From: Spirochaetia bacterium
GTDB taxonomy: Bacteria > Spirochaetota > Spirochaetia > CAKZLE01
Direction: 5' to 3'
Assembly (NCBI GenBank): GCA_963677595.1
Contig: OY782041.1
Location: 2,528,001-2,592,000 of the forward strand
DNA: 64,000 nt
The position numbers and the translations under genes are program-made. The notes below the pieces were generated by a model. That model had not been told where the DNA came from and searched no databases. It worked only from the letters and a program-made list of their open reading frames with translations. This document shows, piece after piece, positions 18,915-28,503 of this stretch; position 1 is the first letter of the stretch, and each line of letters begins with the position of its first letter.

Positions 18915-19421
18915 ATGGAAACGAACCTTCCCCTGATCGATCTGTCCAACAACCCGACCGGCTGTTGTCCCGTCTTCGACCCTGATCCCTGGGATGGGAG
19001 GGAGTTCAGCTTCGAGGGACTCAGCTTCATCACTGCCAGGACGCGTAGTCTCTTCTATATCCCCCTGAACATGGGAAAGGTCATGAGCCGCACGCAGAAG
19101 GCTATCGGGGAAGCGGGGGCTGCGGACCCGGACCGGTACCTCATGCTCTCCGAGGACCTCACAAGAAGCCGTGCGGAGCACCATCTCCTGGTGACCGGGG
19201 ATGTCCCCGGCTACGAGAGGGAACAGCTGCACGGCAGTTGGTATGCGAAGGTATTCGAGGGACCGTTCAGTCGGATGGGTACCTGGCATGCTGAGCTGCT
19301 CAGGCTGATGGAAGGGAAGGGGAAGAAGCCTGACAGGATCCTTGCCTTCTATACCACCTGTCCCAAATGCGCCAAGGCATACGGGAAGAACTATGTGGTG
19401 CTCTTCGGCCGCATGCCTTAA
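18915..19421 (+). CDS. Conserved Cys-motif protein ('Bact_hydrolase'-type family)
   Basis: GCCP.FDP..WD, FEGPF and YTTCPKCAK.YGKNYVV motifs; AGGAGG RBS. Confidence 0.75.
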   Translation: METNLPLIDLSNNPTGCCPVFDPDPWDGREFSFEGLSFITARTRSLFYIPLNMGKVMSRTQKAIGEAGAADPDRYLMLSEDLTRSRAEHHLLVTGDVPGYEREQLHGSWYAKVFEGPFSRMGTWHAELLRLMEGKGKKPDRILAFYTTCPKCAKAYGKNYVVLFGRMP

Positions 19422-19858
19422 GCCTCTGTATGGTCAGCGATGAACTGGGCTACCTGTTCCTTGATCTGGTCCCTGATCCGCCTGACCCGTTCCATGATCT
19501 CCTCATCACTCCCGGTCAGGGCTGATGGGTCCTCGAAGGGCCAGTTCTCCCGGTAGCTCACCCCGGGGAAGATCGGACAGCGCTCCTCAGCCTCCTTGCT
19601 GCAGACCGAGATCACGTACCCATACCGCCGTCCCTCGTTGTAGAAGTCGAGGACCCCATTGGTCTTCTTCCCGGATATATCGATCCCCTCTTCCTGCAGT
19701 GCCCGCACCACATAGGGGTTCAGGCTGCCGGGCTCGAGTCCTGCACTGTCAGCCGTGAAGGTGGTTCCCGCCATCCTGTTCAGGTACTCCTGCGCCATCT
19801 GCGATCGTGCGCTGTTATGCACGCAGATGAACAGGACCCGGTTCTTCACTGATTCCAT
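19418..19858 (-). CDS. arsC: Arsenate reductase, LMW-PTP family
   Basis: VLFICVHNSARSQMA, CP.FPG and W.F.DP motifs. Confidence 0.9.
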   Translation of the reverse strand: MESVKNRVLFICVHNSARSQMAQEYLNRMAGTTFTADSAGLEPGSLNPYVVRALQEEGIDISGKKTNGVLDFYNEGRRYGYVISVCSKEAEERCPIFPGVSYRENWPFEDPSALTGSDEEIMERVRRIRDQIKEQVAQFIADHTEA

Positions 19859-20141
19859 AGTCTTCCTCCTGCAGGGGGATTCCCTGTATCACGCTTATAC
19901 ATACAAGATACCTGAATTATGATGTGAGGATCATGAGGATTGTGTTAAAACGATGAGGGGCGGATCTCGATCACTGCAGCTCCTTCATGCTGGTGTACTG
20001 ACCTCTCCGGTGTTGCGAGTTCCTGAGTATCGGTGCGAGGACCGGTAACGGGCAAGACTCAGGGTCCTCGGTCGACTATGGTAAAAACAGCTATATTTTT
20101 CTCTTATATCGGGTTATGATGCATGCTACAGGGGGAGGAAA

Positions 20142-21410
20142 TTGAGAGATACTGAACGCATTCTCTATATCATGCTGCTGGGGATCCTGGTACTGGCAGT
20201 CGTGGTCGGAACAGCCTACCAGGGGCTGGTATCGACCCTGCAGGGCCTGCTCGAGATCCAGCTTCACCCGGCACGGCTGATCAATGATTTCGCAGTAGTC
20301 GGGGGGCCGGGGGCTGCCCTGGTCAATGCCTCGATCGTCGCTGGGCTGGCCCTGATGCTTATCGCCTTCAGCGGGGTATCGATCTCAGGGCCGACAGTTG
20401 CCGCCTTCTTCACGCTCTTCGGGTTCGGGCTGTTCGGGAAGACGCCGATCAACGTCATACCGATCATCATCGGGGTGGCTATCTCGGCGAAGATCGCGAA
20501 GAAGACCTTCAGGGAATACATCCTCATTGCCCTCTTCGGTACAGCTTTGGGCCCGGTCTTCAGTTTCATCGTCTTCGAGCTGGGCCTGGCAGGTCCCGTA
20601 TCCGTCATCGTTGGCACACTTGGGGGTATCGTAGCCGGTATCTTCCTGCCGCCTGTCGCCATGGCGATGCTCCATCTCCATCAGGGGTACAATCTCTACA
20701 ACATGGGCCTGACCTGCGGATTCGTCGGGCTGTTTGCCGCCTCCCTCATCGCTGCAGGCAACGGGGATATCACAGTCAAGGTCATCTGGCTCGATACCCC
20801 CGATACTCTGCTCACGCTGTTCATCCCCGTGCTCTCCCTCTACCTGCTGGTATTCGGGGCGTATCTCGGCAGGAAGAAAGCCTTTGCTGACATGATGGAG
20901 ATTCAGAGACTTCCCGGGAGGCTGCCGTCAGACTTCATGGATATGGTCTCCTCTGGCGGGGCCCTCATCAATGCAGGAGTCCTCGGCATCATCACCTGGC
21001 TCTACATCATCCTCATCGGTGGTGACCTGAACGGGCCCGTGCTTGGCGGGATCCTGACGGTCATAGGGTTCGGGGTGTTCGGGAAGCATGTTCGCAACTG
21101 CATCCCTGTTATGATCGGGGTGATCCTGAGTTGTCTCGTCTTCGGGAAATCCCTGACAGCCCCTGGACCGCTGCTGGCAGTACTCTTTGCCACTACATTG
21201 GCTCCCCTGGCAGGTGAGTTCGGGGCATTCACGGGGATCGTTGCCGGGTTCATCCACCTGGTCATGGTAGAACGGACGGGAAGCTGGCATGGGGGCATCG
21301 ATCTCTACAATAATGGGTTTGCCGGGGGACTGACCGCAGCCCTGCTGGTCTCAGTGATCGAATGGTACCGGTCATCACAGCCGGATGAGTTCGACGACTC
21401 ATTCAACTAG
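20142..21410 (+). CDS. DUF1576 family membrane protein
   Basis: Internal duplication: GF..FGK twice, GYNLYN.G and G.DLYNNGF. Confidence 0.85.
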   Translation: MRDTERILYIMLLGILVLAVVVGTAYQGLVSTLQGLLEIQLHPARLINDFAVVGGPGAALVNASIVAGLALMLIAFSGVSISGPTVAAFFTLFGFGLFGKTPINVIPIIIGVAISAKIAKKTFREYILIALFGTALGPVFSFIVFELGLAGPVSVIVGTLGGIVAGIFLPPVAMAMLHLHQGYNLYNMGLTCGFVGLFAASLIAAGNGDITVKVIWLDTPDTLLTLFIPVLSLYLLVFGAYLGRKKAFADMMEIQRLPGRLPSDFMDMVSSGGALINAGVLGIITWLYIILIGGDLNGPVLGGILTVIGFGVFGKHVRNCIPVMIGVILSCLVFGKSLTAPGPLLAVLFATTLAPLAGEFGAFTGIVAGFIHLVMVERTGSWHGGIDLYNNGFAGGLTAALLVSVIEWYRSSQPDEFDDSFN

Positions 21411-21427
21411 ATAAGGAGTACAAGCTT

Positions 21428-21811
21428 ATGAAACGAAAGGAATTCCTGCTGCAGCTGATCGGGGAAGTGTCAAATTTCATCCTTGAGGGCAACCCGAGAC
21501 GGATGGTCATCTCTCTCCACCAGGAGGCGGACGGTCTCCACCTCTGCGTGATCGATGACAATGCCCACAGCGATAAAGAGATCGAGGCTATCTCCCATGC
21601 CCTGGCTGGGAGGAAGCGTCCCGAGCTTTCTGGGTATTACGGGTCTATGACCGGCCATGACCTCTTTGGTTCGGCTCGGCTCGACTTGGTCGGGCTGCAG
21701 GTCAAGCATGGTGATGTCTCAAGAACGGATAGCGGGATCAAGATAGACCTTTGGCTTGGTTCCGATCGGTTTGATTCGACGAACTTCACTATTCCGGATG
21801 AAGGGGAGTAG
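21428..21811 (+). CDS. Hypothetical protein co-transcribed with DUF1576
   Basis: AAGGAG RBS, 17 bp after the upstream stop; R.PEL..YY..M.G motif. Confidence 0.7.
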   Translation: MKRKEFLLQLIGEVSNFILEGNPRRMVISLHQEADGLHLCVIDDNAHSDKEIEAISHALAGRKRPELSGYYGSMTGHDLFGSARLDLVGLQVKHGDVSRTDSGIKIDLWLGSDRFDSTNFTIPDEGE

Positions 21812-21950
21812 GTCCCTGTTCAGCAGATTCTCATGATGAGCTGGATGAATTCCCCATTCCTCCAAGGGAGAAGGGAAAATCGTATGGCAGCAACGGACGA
21901 TCCGTTGTATCATGGCAGGACTGCACCCAAGCTGAACGAGGTATCTACGT

Positions 21951-23063
21951 ATGAAACGCACCCTGATCTTCCTATTCCTGCTCTTCACCTGCATGGGGTC
22001 CTTTGCTGAGAACGAGGGCATCGAACCCGCCCTTGGAGTGAGGACTGCCCGCTACTATTATATGCCGTCCTGCAGTTCCTGCATGGATTTCCTCCTCTCC
22101 ATGGCATCGGAATACTCACCTGCCGGCCTAACGATCGAGCGGATAGATGTCCGTACCGCTGCAGGTTATGAACGCATGACCGCCGACCTCGAACGCCTGG
22201 GATCATCAGCCGAGGAGTTCCCCATCCTCATCATCGAGGAGGCGGTCTTTCAGGGAGAGGCTGAGACGGAGCGGGGAAGGAGGGAGGCTGAAGCCCTGCT
22301 TGGGAGTGGGGGATCCCTTACCAGCCTTACCGGGACGGTTCATGAACCTGCAGTTCCCGTGATCGGCATCGGGGCCATCTTCCTCTCAGGCCTCATCGAT
22401 GGGATCAATCCCTGCGTCTTCTCGACCCTCATCTTCCTCTTCTCCATGCTGGCGATGCTCGGGCGGGACCGGCGTGACCTTATCGTGATCGGGTGCTGGT
22501 ATACCCTCTCCGTGTTCATCAGCTACTATCTTGCAGGACTCGGGCTCTCGCACCTCACGCTGTTCGTCTCCCGGTACCAGTTCCTGGGCAGGCTGCTCGA
22601 TGGGGCCCTGGTATTCTTCCTGGCGATCCTAGCCGTGCTCTCCCTCTATGACTACTACCTGGCCCGGACGGGGAGGGCTTCCGGGATGGTGCTGCAGCTC
22701 TCCCTAAAGGAGAAGCGGCGAATACACTCCGTCATCAGGGGACGTATGCGCAGCGGATCGCTTGCCCTCGGTGCCGTGATCATGGGGGTACTGGTTTCAT
22801 TGTTCGAGCTGGGGTGTACCGGACAGATCTACCTGCCGACACTGCTCTACATGGCTTCTGTCAACCCGGAGGGGCCGGCGTACCGGCTGCTCCTCCTCTA
22901 CAATGTCGGCTTCATCCTGCCGCTCGGATCGCTGTTCGCGGTATGTATTGCAGGGGTCTCCTCGAAACGTCTTGAGCAGTCCTTCAGGAATCATACGGCA
23001 GCCATCAAGCTGCTGACTGCCGTCCTCTTCATCATTCTGCTGGTCCTGACCCTCCTGAGCTAG
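21951..23063 (+). CDS. Thioredoxin-like + CcdA/DsbD-type cytochrome c biogenesis membrane protein
   Basis: Signal peptide, CSSC, GLIDGINPC and ELGCTGQIYLP motifs. Confidence 0.82.
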   Translation: MKRTLIFLFLLFTCMGSFAENEGIEPALGVRTARYYYMPSCSSCMDFLLSMASEYSPAGLTIERIDVRTAAGYERMTADLERLGSSAEEFPILIIEEAVFQGEAETERGRREAEALLGSGGSLTSLTGTVHEPAVPVIGIGAIFLSGLIDGINPCVFSTLIFLFSMLAMLGRDRRDLIVIGCWYTLSVFISYYLAGLGLSHLTLFVSRYQFLGRLLDGALVFFLAILAVLSLYDYYLARTGRASGMVLQLSLKEKRRIHSVIRGRMRSGSLALGAVIMGVLVSLFELGCTGQIYLPTLLYMASVNPEGPAYRLLLLYNVGFILPLGSLFAVCIAGVSSKRLEQSFRNHTAAIKLLTAVLFIILLVLTLLS

Positions 23064-24168
23064 GGGACTCTTCCTCCTGGAACTGGACGGTCTGCTCTGC
23101 GGAATCCCCGATCCGTGCGGCAGCCTGCTGTTCGTGCTGCCGGATGTCCCCGAGGACATTCTCCAGCTCGAGGACTGCCTGGTCAGCCTTCGTGAGCCCG
23201 ACGGGGATCTCCTCATCGTTCCCGATCATCTCGAAGAAGTCGGGGGGAAGGGTATAGTCCTCGAGGTCGAAGGTAAGCAGGTTCTCACTGATCTCAACGG
23301 AGCGGGTATAGCCGAAGACCGCCTGCTCGAACTGCTTGGCTTCCTCCTCGTCGACATGAAGGCTGTTGTTCTTCAGGTACTTCTCCGAGAGGATTGCTGC
23401 ATTCTGCAGGAAGAGCTCGGTGATCATCTCTATATTGAGCAGCCTGTTCCCCAGGCCGAGTACGTATCTCGGCTCGATGAACTGGCGCTGCAGTTCTTCA
23501 GGATTCTCCTGGTCGATCCGCTTGACCACATCCTCACGGCCCATGGATATCCCGTCCCTGATACTCCCATCCCGGTTGAGGAAGACGAAATGGAGGTCTT
23601 CCCGGATCTCCGGTGCATTCTCCGTCACGGCATTGGGGTGGAGCAGGATCACCCGCTCCCCGAGCTCTGCGGTCCTCGTGGCGATGGTCCCTACCACCGT
23701 CCGCTCCAGCTCGACCTTCGTCGTGGCATAGATGCCCCCGAGCACGACGCAGTCCCTGACCACTGCCGTATTGCAGAAGAGGTTGCCGTAGATGAAGGCA
23801 TGGTCGATCTTCACCTGGTCGGAATAGACATCGCCCTCGATGACCAGCCGTGCGGAACCATCGTTCACCGGGCTGGTGACCAGGAAGGTCTTCTCAGCCT
23901 GGACGCATCCCTTGACGAGGGAGACGGCCCCCGGCTCGTCGAGGGTGAAGGCTGCATGCTCCTTGATGAACGCGCTCTGGTGGAGGGTACAGGGTCCCCC
24001 CTTCATGTCGAGGCTGCTGCCCATGATACCGCCCCCGATGGAGGTCTTGCCTCGGAGCGTGATGGTCTTCCACATCTCGATCTTCGTGTCGGGGATGATA
24101 TCCCCGGGGTAGTGGTCATTCTCCAAGATGAAGGAGTGTTTTGAGTTCGAACGTATCGGCTGACTCAT
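23032..24168 (-). CDS. Hypothetical protein with a predicted beta-helix (bactofilin-like) N-terminal region and an acidic/coiled tail
   Basis: Repeats such as VIEGDVYS/FIYGNLFC/VVLGGIYA/TVVGTIAT at ~15-aa period; start MSQPIRS after a GGGGAG RBS. Confidence 0.75.
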   Translation of the reverse strand: MSQPIRSNSKHSFILENDHYPGDIIPDTKIEMWKTITLRGKTSIGGGIMGSSLDMKGGPCTLHQSAFIKEHAAFTLDEPGAVSLVKGCVQAEKTFLVTSPVNDGSARLVIEGDVYSDQVKIDHAFIYGNLFCNTAVVRDCVVLGGIYATTKVELERTVVGTIATRTAELGERVILLHPNAVTENAPEIREDLHFVFLNRDGSIRDGISMGREDVVKRIDQENPEELQRQFIEPRYVLGLGNRLLNIEMITELFLQNAAILSEKYLKNNSLHVDEEEAKQFEQAVFGYTRSVEISENLLTFDLEDYTLPPDFFEMIGNDEEIPVGLTKADQAVLELENVLGDIRQHEQQAAARIGDSAEQTVQFQEEESPSSGGSGPAE

Positions 24169-24172
24169 ACGG

Positions 24173-25114
24173 CTACTCCCCCTTCTCGACGGTGAGCTCA
24201 TCGATGAATGCATCGAGCTCCTCATGGAGTGAGACCCACTTGGTGTCCTCCAGCTGCCCGGTATCGAACATCCTGGTGATGGACCTCTTCATGATCTCCT
24301 TCTCCTCCCCGGTAAGCTGGGTATACCCGATCCGTCCTTTCAGTTCATGCTTCTTCTCCCGGACCCGATCCTCGAGCGGGATGAGGAGGCTTTCTACCCT
24401 ATAGTCGATCTCCCCGTCATGGGGGATGAACTCACCGGGAATGTACTGGGTGAGCACGGATTCTCCCCGTTCCACCAGATAGACAGGTATCTGCCTCGGT
24501 ACCGGGGAGGAGACCTCCTCCTCGATGAGGAACCGCCCGACCTCCTCGAAGAACGCATTGCGCTGCTCGGTGAAGGAGGCGATGGCCCTGCAGGCATCGA
24601 ACCCGCGGCTCTCCACCGCCGAGGAGCGCACTGCCGTGCAGTCGAGGTAGTACTTCTCGGAGGTATTGGTCACGGGGATCGCCCGTGAATGGTAGGCGAT
24701 CGCGCTCTTGTTGTTGAAGTAGTGCCTGTTCAGGTTGATCACATGGCCGTCGAGCTTCATGATAGAACTCTCGGTGTTGTGCTCGAGCTCCCGGTTGATC
24801 AGCTCGTACCGGCCCCGGATCTTCTCCAAGTCCTCTGCCAGGTTCTGCTTCTTCCGTTCGAGCTGGGCGGAAAGCTCATGGAGGAGGTTCTTGTAGGAGT
24901 TGAGCTCCGAACACTTCGAGATGATCATCATCGTCGCGTTGTTCTCCATGAGCTTCGCCATACCGGTCTCCATGGTCTCATGGATCTTCCCGAAATAGCC
25001 GATGACCTTCTGCAGCACGTTCAGGCTCTTGCCGACATCCTCCCGGATGGGGGCGACGTTCATGCTGACCTCTTTGGCCAGGCTGTCTATTGCTCTGATC
25101 TCATTGTATGACAT
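24173..25114 (-). CDS. Hypothetical coiled-coil protein
   Basis: 313-aa ORF with genome-typical codon use; heptad-rich residues ~65-120; 3-4 bp gaps to both neighbours. Confidence 0.78.
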   Translation of the reverse strand: MSYNEIRAIDSLAKEVSMNVAPIREDVGKSLNVLQKVIGYFGKIHETMETGMAKLMENNATMMIISKCSELNSYKNLLHELSAQLERKKQNLAEDLEKIRGRYELINRELEHNTESSIMKLDGHVINLNRHYFNNKSAIAYHSRAIPVTNTSEKYYLDCTAVRSSAVESRGFDACRAIASFTEQRNAFFEEVGRFLIEEEVSSPVPRQIPVYLVERGESVLTQYIPGEFIPHDGEIDYRVESLLIPLEDRVREKKHELKGRIGYTQLTGEEKEIMKRSITRMFDTGQLEDTKWVSLHEELDAFIDELTVEKGE

Positions 25115-25117
25115 ACG

Positions 25118-27361
25118 CTACGCCCTCCCTTCTACAGTGGTGCTCTTCTCGCCGAGCAGGTCCCTGAAGTTCCTGAAATCCTGCTCGATCTCCCGGTCGA
25201 TCTCATGTGACGGATGGTCGGGCACCTCTGCCCGACGGTCCCCCTTCAGGTCGAGTGCTCCGGCGACGGGGAGGATCTCCTCGCCATCCGGCTCTGGCTT
25301 AACCATCATGGCGGCAGTCTTGATGAGCCGTTCAGTCTGCTCCTCACTCCTCTCGGCACTCTCCTTGATGGCCTCGAGCTGCTTCAGGGTCTCCTGCTGC
25401 AGCCGGTCCCGTTCGAGATCCTCGATCTTCTCCTGGTAGGAGAGTTTCTGCAGGGTAGCATGGGTCTGGTTCCTCAGCTGGGCGACATCATCGCGTACCT
25501 GCTGGACGATGGCATTGTTCTCGGAGATGATGTCATGCTCGACGGAGTGGGCATACTCCTTGACCGAGGAGAGCCGGTTCTCGGCGACAGCGTTGATCTT
25601 GATCATGAGTTTCTCCATGGACTCGACCATGTCGCCGATGCTCTCCACCTGTGCCCTGAGGGTCTTGATCTGGAGGATCTGCCCGTCTATCTCCCGCCGG
25701 TTCTCCCGCTCGATCTCATCCCGCTCCTTCTCGTATGCCTGCCGGTAGTCGATCTTCTTCACGTTCAGGCTGGAATAGATGCGGATACGCTCCTTCTCGT
25801 TCTCCTGCAGGAGGTAGTTATAGGCCGGCATGAAGACCGAGGACTGGAGTTTATGGACGGGGATCGGGTGCCGTGTCTCCCGCTCACAGAGGTTGCACTT
25901 CCAGACGTCGTCCCTCCAGTCCTTCAGGTAGACCCGTGCATGCTCGTTCCAGGTGACCGGGTCGGTGGTCCCTTCTTTCAGGGCATTGAAGTCCTGGTGC
26001 AGCAGCTTCTCTATATCCTTCTCATGGCAATAGGGGCAGTAGAAGTTGTATGCCCCGTAGTGCATGATGTCCGAGAGCCTCGGCTCTATGGTCGCCACGA
26101 CGTTCTTGACGCTGTGGTTCCGCAAGAGGCTGATCTTCGCCATATCCCTCAGGACCTTCCGGATGACGTTGTCGGAGAACTCGTCCACGCTCCAGGCGGT
26201 CCTGACGAGCTCGGCAGGCGCTTCGGAGATCGTAGAGATCGCGGGACTCTCAACCGGCTCCTGGGCAGCTTCCGCTTCTTCCTCAACCGTCAAATCTCCC
26301 GATTCTGCTTCTTCAGCAGTTTCGGTCTCCCCTGTGGAAGCATCAAAAGCGACAGATCCTTCAGCAGCCGGCTCTCCGGCCTCTTCCTGGATCTCCTCGC
26401 CCGGGAAATCCTCTTCCGGTTCTGTCACAGGAACGACGATCTCGGCTGATACGTCAGCAGAGGCTGCAGCAGGCTGTTCGCTCTCGGCCTGCTGCTCCTC
26501 CTCGACGATCCCGGGAAGCTCCTCTGCGAGGGTCCCGATCATCTGCTCCCACTTGATCCCCTGGATCTTCTCGAGCTTGTCCTTGATGATGTCAGTGTTG
26601 ACGAAACCCGGGCGCTTCTGGTCATAGTCACTCGAAGCGATGAACCGCGTAATATCATCGGTGTTCTGCATGATCCCCATGTCGATGGTGGCATAATCCC
26701 GGTCGCTGAAGACCTGCTCGATCTCTTCGTAGAGGTCGTGGAGGGTCGTCTCCGAGTCATAGAGGTAGGACTCCTCGACATCAAGTTCCTGCGGTATCTC
26801 CACAGCGAACTTGTTGGTTGAGGCGAGCACTGCCGGGAGGCTTGCGGTCTTTCGCTTATAGTCATCCCAGAGCTCCTGCACGGCATCGGCGTCATCGAGG
26901 TAGGGGCAGGTAAGGTGTTCGAGCGGGAAGAGCCCGTCCTCGTCGATGATGAGGGAGCCGTCGGCAAAGGGGTACTGGGTGAAGTTGACCACCGTCCTGC
27001 CGATCCGTGAGACCGGTGCCGTGTACTTCATCCGATGCATCCTGCCCCGGTTACGCAGCCCGCCGATGAGCAGGATCAACCAGAGGAGGGAGGGGGCGAA
27101 GATGATGTAGGGATAGACGGCCATCAGTCCCCACTGCTCGGCGTAGGGATCAGTGAACCCCAGGAGCCACAGGACGACCAGTGCCGCCTGGACGGCAAAG
27201 AACAGGCCGGCGAAGATGAAGCCCCAGGTCATCTTCTTCTTCAGGCGGATCTTCTCGGCAACATAGTTCCTGAAATCAGGGAGGACCTGCCGGAGCAGGA
27301 CCATGAGGAACTCATCATACGAGCTCTTCGTATCGAACCCTTGAATCTTGAATGCATCCAT
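25118..27361 (-). CDS. Hypothetical membrane protein: 2 TM, acidic linker, CPYC...CNLC Zn-finger, C-terminal coiled coil
   Basis: 747-aa ORF; hydrophobic segments ~45-68 and ~80-100; two CxxC pairs; GAAAGGA RBS. Confidence 0.8.
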   Translation of the reverse strand: MDAFKIQGFDTKSSYDEFLMVLLRQVLPDFRNYVAEKIRLKKKMTWGFIFAGLFFAVQAALVVLWLLGFTDPYAEQWGLMAVYPYIIFAPSLLWLILLIGGLRNRGRMHRMKYTAPVSRIGRTVVNFTQYPFADGSLIIDEDGLFPLEHLTCPYLDDADAVQELWDDYKRKTASLPAVLASTNKFAVEIPQELDVEESYLYDSETTLHDLYEEIEQVFSDRDYATIDMGIMQNTDDITRFIASSDYDQKRPGFVNTDIIKDKLEKIQGIKWEQMIGTLAEELPGIVEEEQQAESEQPAAASADVSAEIVVPVTEPEEDFPGEEIQEEAGEPAAEGSVAFDASTGETETAEEAESGDLTVEEEAEAAQEPVESPAISTISEAPAELVRTAWSVDEFSDNVIRKVLRDMAKISLLRNHSVKNVVATIEPRLSDIMHYGAYNFYCPYCHEKDIEKLLHQDFNALKEGTTDPVTWNEHARVYLKDWRDDVWKCNLCERETRHPIPVHKLQSSVFMPAYNYLLQENEKERIRIYSSLNVKKIDYRQAYEKERDEIERENRREIDGQILQIKTLRAQVESIGDMVESMEKLMIKINAVAENRLSSVKEYAHSVEHDIISENNAIVQQVRDDVAQLRNQTHATLQKLSYQEKIEDLERDRLQQETLKQLEAIKESAERSEEQTERLIKTAAMMVKPEPDGEEILPVAGALDLKGDRRAEVPDHPSHEIDREIEQDFRNFRDLLGEKSTTVEGRA

Positions 27362-27419
27362 ATCACAAGTCCTTTCATTACGGTATTCCGATCTTGTCAG
27401 GCAGCGGCTGTACTGTCTC

Positions 27420-27428
27420 AGTATAGCA
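27420..27428 (-). promoter_or_regulatory. Extended -10 promoter (TGcTATACT) for the three-gene operon
   Basis: Minus strand TGCTATACT about 60 bp upstream of the 27361 ATG. Confidence 0.5.
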
Positions 27429-27488
27429 CAGAGTCAAGAGAGGGTGTGTATGAAAAACGTGTGAGGGTAGTGAGTATCGTTACGGAGG

Positions 27489-28013
27489 CTACCCCTGGTA
27501 CGTCCCGCGGTGGACCTTATCGTACCGCAGGTCACTAGCCGTGTACCCGGGCTTCTCTTCGGCAGGGTAGCCGACAGCGATGATCGACTCGACCCTCCGG
27601 TCCTCAGGTATCGCGAGCAGCTCCCTGATCACGGCTTCGGAGCTGCTGCCGTCTTCTGCGGTACGGTTCCTGATCTGGATCCAGCAGGCACCGAGACCGA
27701 GGTCGGCAGCCTCGAGCAATAGGTTGGAGGAGAGGATCGCGGTGTCCTCCACCCAGACATCGCTCTCTGACGGGATGCCGAGGACGACGAGGGCAAGGGG
27801 CGCACCGGCGAGGAAGGCCGACCCATGGGCCTTGGCCCTGCTCAGGTCCCCGATCACGGCACGGTCATCGACCACGACGATCTCCCAGGGGCGGAACCCA
27901 CGCGAAGATGCGGCATAGAGCCCTGCCTGGATGAGCGAGTCAACGAACTCCTCTGAGACAGCCTGGTCAGTGTATTCCCGGATGCTTCTCCGTTCTCTCA
28001 GCAGTGTCAGCAT
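27489..28013 (-). CDS. Nitroreductase family protein
   Basis: RRSIREY, A.SS...RPW, LGLGACW and GYP.E motifs. Confidence 0.92.
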   Translation of the reverse strand: MLTLLRERRSIREYTDQAVSEEFVDSLIQAGLYAASSRGFRPWEIVVVDDRAVIGDLSRAKAHGSAFLAGAPLALVVLGIPSESDVWVEDTAILSSNLLLEAADLGLGACWIQIRNRTAEDGSSSEAVIRELLAIPEDRRVESIIAVGYPAEEKPGYTASDLRYDKVHRGTYQG

Positions 28014-28110
28014 AATCTCCTCCTCGGTATCATGTAGGAGCAGTATACCGTACCTGCTGATGAAGTGTAAATGTCAATCAGTCTGCTCGACTTGGGATCG
28101 TGACCCATAA

Positions 28111-28371
28111 TCATGTTCGCCGAACCGCTTTGATTGCCTCGGTTATATCTGCTTCGTCCAAACCCAGCTCTTCGCGTACTTGATCGCCTAGAGATATGAG
28201 GTTCTCAAACTGGTCCAATTCTGGAACCTTGATAGGTTTCAGGAGAATAGTATCCCCTTCCTGGATAATGATCATGTTCGTACCGGGTTCTAAATTCATG
28301 CGTTCTCGTATGGCATGTGGAATGACAACCTGCCCTTTTGTCGAGACACGTGTGACTTCGATTACTGCCAT
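28111..28371 (-). CDS. AbrB/MazE/SpoVT family DNA-binding protein
   Basis: TRVSTKGQVVIP..IRE.M.L.PG motif. Confidence 0.88.
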   Translation of the reverse strand: MAVIEVTRVSTKGQVVIPHAIRERMNLEPGTNMIIIQEGDTILLKPIKVPELDQFENLISLGDQVREELGLDEADITEAIKAVRRT

Positions 28372-28381
28372 GTTATCCCTC

Positions 28382-28396
28382 GTAAGATTATCTTAC
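28382..28396. promoter_or_regulatory. Palindromic operator upstream of the AbrB-like gene
   Basis: GTAAGAT-T-ATCTTAC perfect inverted repeat, 10 bp before the start codon. Confidence 0.6.
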
Positions 28397-28503
28397 CATG
28401 GGCATGCGCCGAAGCCAAGTTCCTATCACCATCAATAGCTGATGAAACTCTGTAGGGTATTCGTACTGTTCGAGCGTTTTGTTATCGCTTCTGCCCGCCC
28501 GCC

